Part shown: positions 16,149 to 23,289 of the stretch, piece after piece
How the letters are laid out: each line of letters begins with the position of its first letter
Position numbering within the stretch: position 1 is the stretch's first letter
Source of the DNA: Halalkalibacterium halodurans
Lineage (GTDB): Bacteria > Bacillota > Bacilli > Bacillales > Bacillaceae_D
NCBI RefSeq assembly: GCF_004376175.1
Contig: NZ_SNUY01000011.1
Span: 20,341 to 52,340 of the forward strand
DNA length: 32,000 bases
Direction: 5' to 3'
Position numbers and translations under genes: made by a program
Notes under the pieces: model-generated
Told to the model about the DNA's origin: nothing
The model's database searches: none
What the model saw: the letters and a program-made list of their open reading frames with translations, nothing else

Positions 16149-17681
16149 TTAAATTTTAAGATAAATTTTTATTTCAAAATGATCAGGTTCTACCCAATCT
16201 TTTTTGCGAGTGTACTCAATTTTTTCAATTATGCTTTTTAATAGTTTATTCTCTTCAAAAGCATTATCCGTTTCATAAAATGCCTTTAATGCATTTCTGG
16301 CTTTAGGCAAAAACTGATCATAATGTTTTTCTTTCTCTTGTTCAATATCAATCTCTTTTTTGAGTTGTGCAATTTTCTCTTGGGCGTTTTTGATCCGCTC
16401 AGTGATAGCTTGCTGGCGTTCCATGAAAACATCAATTGTGTAAATTCCTTGCTCCAAAAGGTCATGAAGATTATCTTTTTGAGTTTGAGCTTTCTTTAAC
16501 ACAGTTTGCTGTTCTTTAAGGGCGCGCTCTTTTTCAGGTATAAGAGAAACTTTCTTCCGTTCTAGTAGCTCACCTTCAAACTCTATCGATTCTAATATAT
16601 CCGATAGAGATTCTATTACTTTGTCCATAACTAAGTGTAATCCAGCCCCCTTATGAAAAGGAGCACAAGTCCTTGTGTAACAACGAATATGATGATTAGG
16701 GCGGTCTCGATTTGGCTGGTATTTCATAACACGTCCACAAATAGAGCAACGTAGAAGCCCAGCTAATGGATTAGTGAGAGTGTTCGGCTCAACCATTGGG
16801 GGACGCCAACGAGAGGAATGGGCTTCATTAGCGCGGTCAAAGAGTTCTTTACTGACAATTGGTTCATGTGCATTTTCTTTGATTATCCAATTCTCACGAG
16901 GCATCTTTTTCCTAACCCTTTTTCCATTACGTTTATATTGTTTAGTTTTTCCCCATATGATTGTACCAGTATAAACTTCGTTTTTTACTATCGCCGTAAG
17001 AGTAGAGTGTTCCCACTGGTTTGCACGCTCAGGCGGTGGGATTTTATGCTCATCCAAATAACGAGCTAAAGCATGTCGGCCATAGCCTTCCGACATTTTT
17101 TCAAATATCAATTTTACCACCCATGCTGTTTCTGGATCTGGAACTAGTTTCATTTTTTCGTTTCGCAAGTATCCATAGGGTGGTTTTTTGCCGATGAACT
17201 TTCCTTCCGAAGCACTTGCACGTCGTCCTCGCTGTAATCGTTTGTTTATGTTTTTTAATTCCTCGCGAGAAAGGATAGATTTAACACCAAATAAAAGTTC
17301 AGCTCCTTCTTCGGTAGGGTCGATTACTTCGGTTGGTGTGATAACTAAAGTTTCACTATAGGCAAATGCTCGGTATATTAATCCCATATCGAACATATCA
17401 CCGCGACCCAGCCTGTCTAGGTCCATCACCAGGACTGCATCAGCAGCACTGTTTTCTACTTCTCTTAGGAGCTCTTGAATTTTGGGACGTTCATTTATAT
17501 ATTCACCAGATACAACTTCTTCAAATGGAGGAGCAACCAAATTATGATTCTCTTTTTTTACAAGTTCCAAAAGTTGTTTACGGTGGCGTTCAAGTGTATC
17601 GTATTCTCCGTTTTGTTCCCTTTCTAAGTCCTTACGGCTTTTACGCAAATAAATGAACACATCCAATCCAGTGGGGCGCAT
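16149..17681 (-). CDS. Large serine recombinase (prophage integrase, SprA-like)
   Basis: 510 aa. N-terminal resolvase catalytic domain (VFIYLRKSRKDLEREQ.. resembles the remembered SP-beta SprA YLRRSRQDMEREK), a recombinase domain (PPYGY..., W..STL..I..NEVY.G), a zinc-ribbon region (CSICG...CYTRTC) and a C-terminal coiled coil. RBS AAAGGAGA. Confidence 0.9.
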   Translation of the reverse strand: MRPTGLDVFIYLRKSRKDLEREQNGEYDTLERHRKQLLELVKKENHNLVAPPFEEVVSGEYINERPKIQELLREVENSAADAVLVMDLDRLGRGDMFDMGLIYRAFAYSETLVITPTEVIDPTEEGAELLFGVKSILSREELKNINKRLQRGRRASASEGKFIGKKPPYGYLRNEKMKLVPDPETAWVVKLIFEKMSEGYGRHALARYLDEHKIPPPERANQWEHSTLTAIVKNEVYTGTIIWGKTKQYKRNGKRVRKKMPRENWIIKENAHEPIVSKELFDRANEAHSSRWRPPMVEPNTLTNPLAGLLRCSICGRVMKYQPNRDRPNHHIRCYTRTCAPFHKGAGLHLVMDKVIESLSDILESIEFEGELLERKKVSLIPEKERALKEQQTVLKKAQTQKDNLHDLLEQGIYTIDVFMERQQAITERIKNAQEKIAQLKKEIDIEQEKEKHYDQFLPKARNALKAFYETDNAFEENKLLKSIIEKIEYTRKKDWVEPDHFEIKIYLKI

Positions 17682-17717
17682 AGTGATTTCTCCTTTCTAA
17701 AGCAAAAACAAAAAGTT

Positions 17718-18335
17718 TCAGAGCAGCTTCCTTATATCAGCATTAATGTTATCTGCACCAACTTGATCTGCTAATTGCTGTAGAATCAGTTTCGTTGATT
17801 CATAAATATGCTCAGGTTGAAGAGATTTTCTTCTTCTTTTCATTTCAGATAATTGAATGACATTTTGGAATGCCTGACACTTCACCTGATTACGTATAGT
17901 CATGAAACGTCTGATAATATACTCTCTAGGCAGCTTAAATAATTCTTCTAAGGTGTTGATAGATTGATATTGCTTTACTGCAGGAATAAAAATATGACGA
18001 GGCATTGCAGCATATAAAGCAAGACAATTTGCTTGATTCTCTTGTAATTTTGAAAAGTCTTCAGGTAAATTTTTTTGATTCCCTGGATGAGATATAACAT
18101 GTGCAAACTCATGAAAAAATTTATACCGTTGCTCGTAAGGAGACAACCTGCTATCTATATATATTAATGCGTATTCATCATCTTCATGGATACAATGGCT
18201 TCTTTTAGGTCCGTAAATCACATCGAGATTAAACTTGTCGGATAAGTTTTCTATACTAAGGTCATCAGTGGTTAGAATCCCCTTGTCGATCATAAGTTGA
18301 GTTATCTTTGTTTCTCTCCATGTAGCAAAGCGCAT
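17718..18335 (-). CDS. ImmA/IrrE-family metallopeptidase (anti-repressor protease)
   Basis: HEFAHV zinc motif in an ImmA-type context. The preferred start is ATG at 18335 (MRFATWRE), 5 nt after AGGGGGGA. The track start at 18461 would add 42 unlikely residues. Confidence 0.8.
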   Translation of the reverse strand: MRFATWRETKITQLMIDKGILTTDDLSIENLSDKFNLDVIYGPKRSHCIHEDDEYALIYIDSRLSPYEQRYKFFHEFAHVISHPGNQKNLPEDFSKLQENQANCLALYAAMPRHIFIPAVKQYQSINTLEELFKLPREYIIRRFMTIRNQVKCQAFQNVIQLSEMKRRRKSLQPEHIYESTKLILQQLADQVGADNINADIRKLL

Positions 18336-18387
18336 AATGATCCCCCCTAAACTAAAAAAAGGAATGTATGTTCTGTTTTTTGTTTTA

Positions 18388-18410
18388 GAAAAAAGCCCTA
18401 ATGGGCCTTT
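18388..18410 (-). terminator. Minus-strand terminator between membrane-protein gene and immA
   Basis: The minus strand reads AAGGCCC-AUUA-GGGCUU followed by UUUUUU. It lies in the 122-nt gap between the two genes. Confidence 0.5.
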
Positions 18411-18457
18411 AATTTTATCTTTCTGTAAACCAGATTTTAGTTTATGTATACTTTGAA

Positions 18458-18841
18458 TCAATGGCTTTCGTTTTTTTCTCTGGAAGCCATGTCATCCATC
18501 CACTCTATTGCTCCTATATGTGTTCCAGCAGAAACCAATAAGGCTATGATGGCAAATACTATCCCAGCTATTGGACCGCCTAAAGCAGCGCCTATTGCAA
18601 ACCCAATGAGCGTCCAGCAAATAGAAAATATAATAGTTAATATAATTGCCCCTTTTCTAAACCATGTGGTGACGAGTAAAGCAAGTAAAACTAAACCAAA
18701 CACAGCCCAATTAAAAGTTGCTAAACCTGCAATTATAGCAACCACAAAACACTCACCGAATAAAAAGTTGGCAGCACTATCGTTAAATTGAGCTTGGGTG
18801 TTTCCTTTTCTTACATCTTTGTATCCCAATTTAATCCCCAC
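18458..18841 (-). CDS. Small integral membrane protein (3-4 TM, glycine-zipper-like)
   Basis: 127 aa. Hydrophobic stretches FVVAIIAGLATFNWAVFGLVLLALLV, AIILTIIFSICWTLIGFAIGAALGG and IAGIVFAIIALLVSAG. The start is uncertain: GTG 18841 abuts the GGGAG, and an in-frame TTG 12 nt downstream is possible. Confidence 0.6.
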   Translation of the reverse strand: MGIKLGYKDVRKGNTQAQFNDSAANFLFGECFVVAIIAGLATFNWAVFGLVLLALLVTTWFRKGAIILTIIFSICWTLIGFAIGAALGGPIAGIVFAIIALLVSAGTHIGAIEWMDDMASREKNESH

Positions 18842-18918
18842 TCCCTAGTTTAGGTATTGTAACATTACTTTAGCACTTATTAAATTGAATTTACAAGAAT
18901 AAAATAAGGAAAATAGAC

Positions 18919-19281
18919 TTATTTTTTTTCGTCCTGTTGCAGACGCTTTTTCATACGTTCCTTCATTTTACGGTATTGTTCTAACTGCTCTTTCAAAAAA
19001 ATCTCCTCATCCTCATCCTCCAGTTCAAGTCCGTTCCCGCCATCATAGTGAATGTTTATTGAACCTTGAGGGTTATCTGTTCTGCCAAGTAGATAATCTG
19101 TAGTAACATCAAAAAGATTTGCTATTTTAACTAACATTTCATTATCTGGTTGTCTTAGTCCATATTCCCAATTCGCATACGTTGAAACTGTTTTTATGTT
19201 CAATTTTTTTGCAACGAGAGACTTAGTCCATCCTTCTTTTTCTCGCAGCATTTGAAGTCTTTTACCAATTATATTAGCCAT
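18919..19281 (-). CDS. XRE-family phage repressor (CI/ImmR-like)
   Basis: HTH_3 pattern: GKRLQMLREKEGWTKSLVAKKLNIKTVSTYANWEYGLRQPDNEMLVKIANLFDVTTDYLLG. The preferred start is ATG 19281, 8 nt after GGGAG. Divergent from the cro-like gene. Confidence 0.85.
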   Translation of the reverse strand: MANIIGKRLQMLREKEGWTKSLVAKKLNIKTVSTYANWEYGLRQPDNEMLVKIANLFDVTTDYLLGRTDNPQGSINIHYDGGNGLELEDEDEEIFLKEQLEQYRKMKERMKKRLQQDEKK

Positions 19282-19300
19282 ATTGAAAACTCCCAATTTC

Positions 19301-19425
19301 ATTTTCTGTGTAAATTTTATCATGATTTACACTCAAAATATAAAAAGTTTCACAAAAAGAATAAAAAAGTATTGACTTACACGAAAGGAGTAATTATTAT
19401 GTAATTAACAGCTACACAAAACGAG
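19301..19425. promoter_or_regulatory. Lysis/lysogeny switch region: repeated TTACAC-type operator half-sites and rightward promoter
   Basis: GTGTAAAT (19308-19315) and ATTTACAC (19325-19332) form an inverted repeat. Further copies are TTTCACA (19348-19354), TTACAC (19377-19382) and CTACACA (19412-19418). Rightward promoter: TTGACT (19372-19377), 17 nt, TATTAT (19395-19400). Confidence 0.6.
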
Positions 19426-19434
19426 TAAAGAGAG

Positions 19435-19677
19435 GTGAACAAATTGAATTTATCTAAAGTAAAGCAAGTCCGTATTTCAAAAGGGATCTCTCAAACCCGA
19501 ATGGCGAAGTTACTAGGATACAAATATGCAAGTGGTTACGCTAATTTAGAAAACGGACGGAATAAACCCAGTTTAGAAAAAGCAAAGCAAATAGCAGAAA
19601 TTCTAGGAGCTGATGTAGAAGAACTTTTTTTTGAAGAGAAGTTACACGTAAAGGGTAAAAACACGTCCGTTTCATAA
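19435..19677 (+). CDS. Cro-like XRE-family HTH protein
   Basis: 80 aa. VRISKGISQTRMAKLLGYKYASGYANLENGRNKPSLEKAKQIAEILG is an HTH_3 pattern. The start may be TTG 19444, which is better spaced from AGAGAGGTG. Confidence 0.75.
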   Translation: MNKLNLSKVKQVRISKGISQTRMAKLLGYKYASGYANLENGRNKPSLEKAKQIAEILGADVEELFFEEKLHVKGKNTSVS

Positions 19678-19766
19678 ACCATGTGAAAGGAGGTTTGCTA
19701 ATGAACTTAGCTAGGACCGTCCACCTCCCCCCTAAGCATACAAATGTATCAAAGGGGGATGAGCAT

Positions 19767-19949
19767 ATGGACAGCAAGACAATGAAATTAGGAAACTCAA
19801 CGGTTACTGTTTATTCCAACCTTGTGAACATGTCGCCTGAAGAACGCAAAGAATGGTTTGACCGTGAGTGGGCAAACGGAAACAGCGTTCTAAAGGACAT
19901 GGCAGGAGTTATATCAGAGATCGCAACAACAACTGAAACTGATCCTTGA
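19767..19949 (+). CDS. Hypothetical early protein
   Basis: ATG 19767 is preceded by AAGGGGGA (MDSKTMKLGNSTVTVYS...). The track start at 19683 lacks an RBS. Confidence 0.5.
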   Translation: MDSKTMKLGNSTVTVYSNLVNMSPEERKEWFDREWANGNSVLKDMAGVISEIATTTETDP

Positions 19950-20052
19950 TAGGGGACCATCCCTATCCAACTGGACAAGCCTTTAATCAAAGCATAGCAA
20001 CCTGCTTGCAACAAACATAGTTGTCAAATGTTACGAAAGGAGACGGAAGGTA

Positions 20053-20577
20053 ATGGCAATCGGAACAGATATCGCAGCAGCCAGACAACGAAAAGGTCTC
20101 ACGCAACATGAGTTAGCTGAAAAGTTACCGTTTTGTAGATCAAGCGTAGCGCTCCACGAAACAGGCAGAAGAGAGGTCAATAAAGAGGATTGGAAGTATT
20201 ATTGCCAAGCGCTTGATGATGCAGTATTCACCTTGGAGCGACAACGCGATGCGACTGGGGGAGTCTATATCCCATATTTGGACGGGCCTATTGTAGAGCA
20301 CAATCCAGCGGCACTAACATTCTTAGCTCGTAGGGAGCTAAAGCAGGCCAAGGAGCATTTGAATGAAATCGATGTGAGTAAGCCGGTGGATATGATGTCA
20401 GGTGCTGAGACTTCCCATGTTGAAAGGACAATAAATGAATTACTCGACGCAGCAGCAGCGGCTCAAACGCTTGTAATTGATTTATGTAGTCGTCTTGATA
20501 TGTCCTTCAGTAAAGAGGTCAAACAGTGGCAGGGAAGCCTTATGGCTCGCCAGATGATAGCAAGGAGGAATGGATGA
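20053..20577 (+). CDS. XRE-family HTH protein with C-terminal domain of unknown function
   Basis: The N-terminus AARQRKGLTQHELAEKLPFCRSSVALHETGRR is HTH_3-like. RBS AAAGGAGACGGAAGG. Confidence 0.65.
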   Translation: MAIGTDIAAARQRKGLTQHELAEKLPFCRSSVALHETGRREVNKEDWKYYCQALDDAVFTLERQRDATGGVYIPYLDGPIVEHNPAALTFLARRELKQAKEHLNEIDVSKPVDMMSGAETSHVERTINELLDAAAAAQTLVIDLCSRLDMSFSKEVKQWQGSLMARQMIARRNG

Positions 20578-20948
20578 TGATGACAAAACCGCTTAAAGAT
20601 TTAAATCGCGCGGAACTGGAAGTAATTTTGTCGGCAATGAGGCTCCAAGTGAGAACGCTCAAAGGAGCAGAAAAGGATTTATTCTCTCTGGATTATCAAA
20701 AGGTTTTAAAGAAGGGGAGAGAGGTAGAGCTAGATGGCATGGGGATGAAACACATTTGCTATGCGCTAAGAAGAAAAGCACTCATGTTAACGGCTGTATA
20801 TGGAAATGAGGCACGCAAGGCGCAGAAAAAAATGCTCTATAACCTAGCTTACAAAATCACAATGAAACGGATTCGGTTCCAAGAGGAACATAATCCATTA
20901 AACAAACACAAAGAAACGCCTGCCCTCCCGAAAGCAGACGTTTCATAA
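20574..20948 (+). CDS. Hypothetical early protein
   Basis: An ATGATGATG start cluster follows AGGAGG and overlaps the upstream stop (translational coupling). 124 aa. Confidence 0.55.
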   Translation: MMMTKPLKDLNRAELEVILSAMRLQVRTLKGAEKDLFSLDYQKVLKKGREVELDGMGMKHICYALRRKALMLTAVYGNEARKAQKKMLYNLAYKITMKRIRFQEEHNPLNKHKETPALPKADVS

Positions 20949-20999
20949 AACACTCGTTTCCCAATTTCATAGTAGCATAGTGATTCTAACTTGGCAAGC

Positions 21000-21083
21000 C
21001 TTAGCGGTTTGCCGAGAGGGACACAACCATCCCCCCGTTTCTATCTATCTCCCCTAGGTTGTGTCTCTCTCGGTGCGGCTAAG
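21000..21083. repeat. Long imperfect inverted repeat / stem-loop in early-region intergenic gap
   Basis: CCGAGAGGGACACAACC (21012-21028) pairs with GGTTGTGTCTCTCTCGG (21057-21073) at 16 of 17 positions. CTTAGC (21000-21005) and GCTAAG (21078-21083) extend the stem. The 28-nt loop is C/T-rich. Confidence 0.6.
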
Positions 21084-21113
21084 CACCAACAAAATTTGAA
21101 AGGGGAAAAATAA

Positions 21114-21395
21114 ATGAACGCAAGTGAAGCAAACTTACTATCTCGGAGTTGTGGGGACAGGTTAGCAGAATCTCAGTTTAAGGAGATCACGAGTCACATT
21201 GAAGCTGAAATTGTTAGAGCAGCTCAAAAAGGTCAATATGAAACCGTGATAGAGGTGTTTGATACATCTGAGTTTATCAGGTATTCGTATCATCACAAAG
21301 TTTCAAAGTTGTTTATTGACAAAGGTTACAAAGTTGATATTAACCATGGGGATGTAGATTCTCCTGAGTACAAGATCAAAATCAGTTGGAAGTGA
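21114..21395 (+). CDS. Hypothetical early protein
   Basis: 93-aa ORF. RBS AAAGGGGA, 8 nt spacing. Confidence 0.55.
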   Translation: MNASEANLLSRSCGDRLAESQFKEITSHIEAEIVRAAQKGQYETVIEVFDTSEFIRYSYHHKVSKLFIDKGYKVDINHGDVDSPEYKIKISWK

Positions 21396-21399
21396 AGTC

Positions 21400-21642
21400 A
21401 TGGGCCAAAAACAAATGTCACTTCATTCTGTGTTGGCTCAAGTTTCGATCGCCAACACAGAGCAGCAATTAAAAGAATTGGATCGGATGTTCGATAGGGC
21501 TTCTCGTCAATTGGAGCAGCTTAAAAGGACCATTCAGGAAATAGAGCAATTTCAGTTTGAAGTCAAAACAAATTTGATTTCAGAGATCTCCATTGGTGAG
21601 AAAAAGGGGAAAGGGGCGGAAAACCTTGATGACAACAACTGA
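21400..21642 (+). CDS. Hypothetical coiled-coil protein
   Basis: 80-aa ORF starting 5 nt after the previous stop. Heptad-like composition. Confidence 0.5.
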   Translation: MGQKQMSLHSVLAQVSIANTEQQLKELDRMFDRASRQLEQLKRTIQEIEQFQFEVKTNLISEISIGEKKGKGAENLDDNN

Positions 21643-21853
21643 ACAAGTGGGGTACACCAAACGCTTGAACGAAATCCTTTGTTTTAGACCTTCGGAACAG
21701 CGTGATAGACGTCTAGCCAATTTCATGACTGACTTAGAGGTCGCTTATCAAATACCACTGGTTGGAAAGGATCGAATTGAGGATTTTGAAGTAAGGAATC
21801 CAAAAGTTATGCAACTTTATCGTATTGCTTCAAAAGCAAGGACATTTAGATAG
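21629..21853 (+). CDS. Hypothetical early protein
   Basis: ATG 21629 (MTTTEQVGY...) overlaps the end of the previous ORF. The track start at 21593 is less likely. Confidence 0.45.
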   Translation: MTTTEQVGYTKRLNEILCFRPSEQRDRRLANFMTDLEVAYQIPLVGKDRIEDFEVRNPKVMQLYRIASKARTFR

Positions 21854-21863
21854 GGGGGAGAAC

Positions 21864-22058
21864 ATGCGTAATACGAAGCTAGTCACGTTTACTGAAGGTG
21901 AGGACTTCTACCTTTACCACCATATCGAGGTGTTAGGTGAGGCGGAAGGGTGCCTACGTTGTGCACACCAAATGTCAAAAGAGCCGAGACACATATTAGA
22001 TCGATATCGGCTTTTAAAGTCGCAGCAAAAAGAAAAGACCCGCCAGATTGCCGTCTGA
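21864..22058 (+). CDS. Hypothetical early protein
   Basis: ATG 21864 lies 4 nt after TAGGGGGGAG (MRNTKLVTFTEGE...). Confidence 0.5.
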   Translation: MRNTKLVTFTEGEDFYLYHHIEVLGEAEGCLRCAHQMSKEPRHILDRYRLLKSQQKEKTRQIAV

Positions 22059-22139
22059 CGAGTCTCAGGGTCACCTTTACTATCCTCTTACACCTTAGTA
22101 TAAGGTGGCCCTCCAAAAAATGCAAGGGAGGGATATTGA

Positions 22140-23081
22140 ATGTTCAAACCTGCCGAGAAAGTAAAGAAGAAATTAAAGATTGTTGTGTACGGGGCATCCG
22201 GAGTCGGTAAGAGTTGGTTCGCTCTTTTAGCAAATGGTAGAAAGGCAGTCATTGATACTGAAAATGGTACAGATTTCTATGCTGACAAGTTCGAGTTTGA
22301 TGTTTTCAAAACAAGAAAATATACGGATGTTATCGCGGCCATCGAACATATCGAAAATAATCCTGATAAGTATGACGTGTTGATTATTGATCCAATTACC
22401 AACATATATCAAACGCTTAAGGATGCAGCTCAAGTAGCCGCTGAAAAGCGTGCCGTTAGAAAGCGAAGAAGTATTGAAGATGTGTCTCTAACTCAACGAG
22501 ATTGGGGAAGCATCAAGCAAAAATACACCTCTCTCATTTCAAGGTTATGTAATTTACCTTGCCACGTCATCATTACTGGTTGGGTGAAAGATGTTTATGA
22601 AGGTGAGGGGGAGAACCGAAAAAAGGTCGGTACTAGCATCGATGCTGACAAAAAAACCGAGTATCAACCAGATGTTATTATTCACCTTCAAACAAATGGT
22701 CAAGGGCAACGCTTTGGAGTAATTGAGAAAGATCGTACAATGACTTATCAAAAAGGACAAAGTGTGAAGGATATTTCTTTTAATGATTTTCTCGATGCTG
22801 TCACCGACGAAGGGGCCGCAGAAACACGCTTGCAAACAGAAGAAGAAGCAGCGGAACAAGAAGCCAACGGTTTTGAGTATGTAAGTTCTGAAACTATAGA
22901 AGCAGTTAAAACCAAATGGTTGGAAAAGGGCTTCGAACCAAGGAAGCTGATCGCTCAAGCTAACAGCCTGTACGGTGTTTCTGACATTTACAAATTGACC
23001 GAAAGCCAAGGGTTAGATTTGCTCACTTTGTTAACTGATATGAAGGCAAATCAAAAGAAAGGCACTGGTGATGATAAGTAA
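22140..23081 (+). CDS. AAA_24/Sak4-like phage ATPase with C-terminal extension
   Basis: Walker A YGASGVGKSW, Walker B DVLIIDP, and the layout typical of RecA-like AAA_24 phage recombination/replication ATPases. About 100 extra C-terminal residues. RBS AGGGAGGG. Confidence 0.7.
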   Translation: MFKPAEKVKKKLKIVVYGASGVGKSWFALLANGRKAVIDTENGTDFYADKFEFDVFKTRKYTDVIAAIEHIENNPDKYDVLIIDPITNIYQTLKDAAQVAAEKRAVRKRRSIEDVSLTQRDWGSIKQKYTSLISRLCNLPCHVIITGWVKDVYEGEGENRKKVGTSIDADKKTEYQPDVIIHLQTNGQGQRFGVIEKDRTMTYQKGQSVKDISFNDFLDAVTDEGAAETRLQTEEEAAEQEANGFEYVSSETIEAVKTKWLEKGFEPRKLIAQANSLYGVSDIYKLTESQGLDLLTLLTDMKANQKKGTGDDK

Positions 23082-23271
23082 TGAATTAGGTTTTTACCAT
23101 GTCGAGATACCTAAACTTTATTTGTGGATGGTTGATGAGGTAGAAGACCGAAGTAAAAAAGAATTGCTCTTCAAAAGGTACGTTAAAGGTTATCTTGCAA
23201 AATCCCATCCAGAGATGCAACTGGTGAGGATTTCGCAAATGACAGCAGTTTGTACAAAACGTGAAGAGTAA
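23071..23271 (+). CDS. Hypothetical protein
   Basis: 66-aa ORF overlapping the ATPase stop. Start at ATG 23071 or GTG 23068. Confidence 0.45.
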   Translation: MISNELGFYHVEIPKLYLWMVDEVEDRSKKELLFKRYVKGYLAKSHPEMQLVRISQMTAVCTKREE

Positions 23272-23289
23272 AGGGGGAAAGCAAGAACA

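Noticed and set aside
18444-18791. Plus-strand 115-aa ORF
   Set aside because: It is the exact antisense of the membrane-protein gene. It has a mirror-image Ala/Ile/Pro-rich translation and no RBS, and the surrounding module is transcribed leftward.
21000-21083. Long hairpin considered as a retron msr/msd or a tRNA-like element
   Set aside because: There is no reverse transcriptase gene nearby, no cloverleaf and no conserved tRNA boxes. It is retained only as an unexplained structured element.
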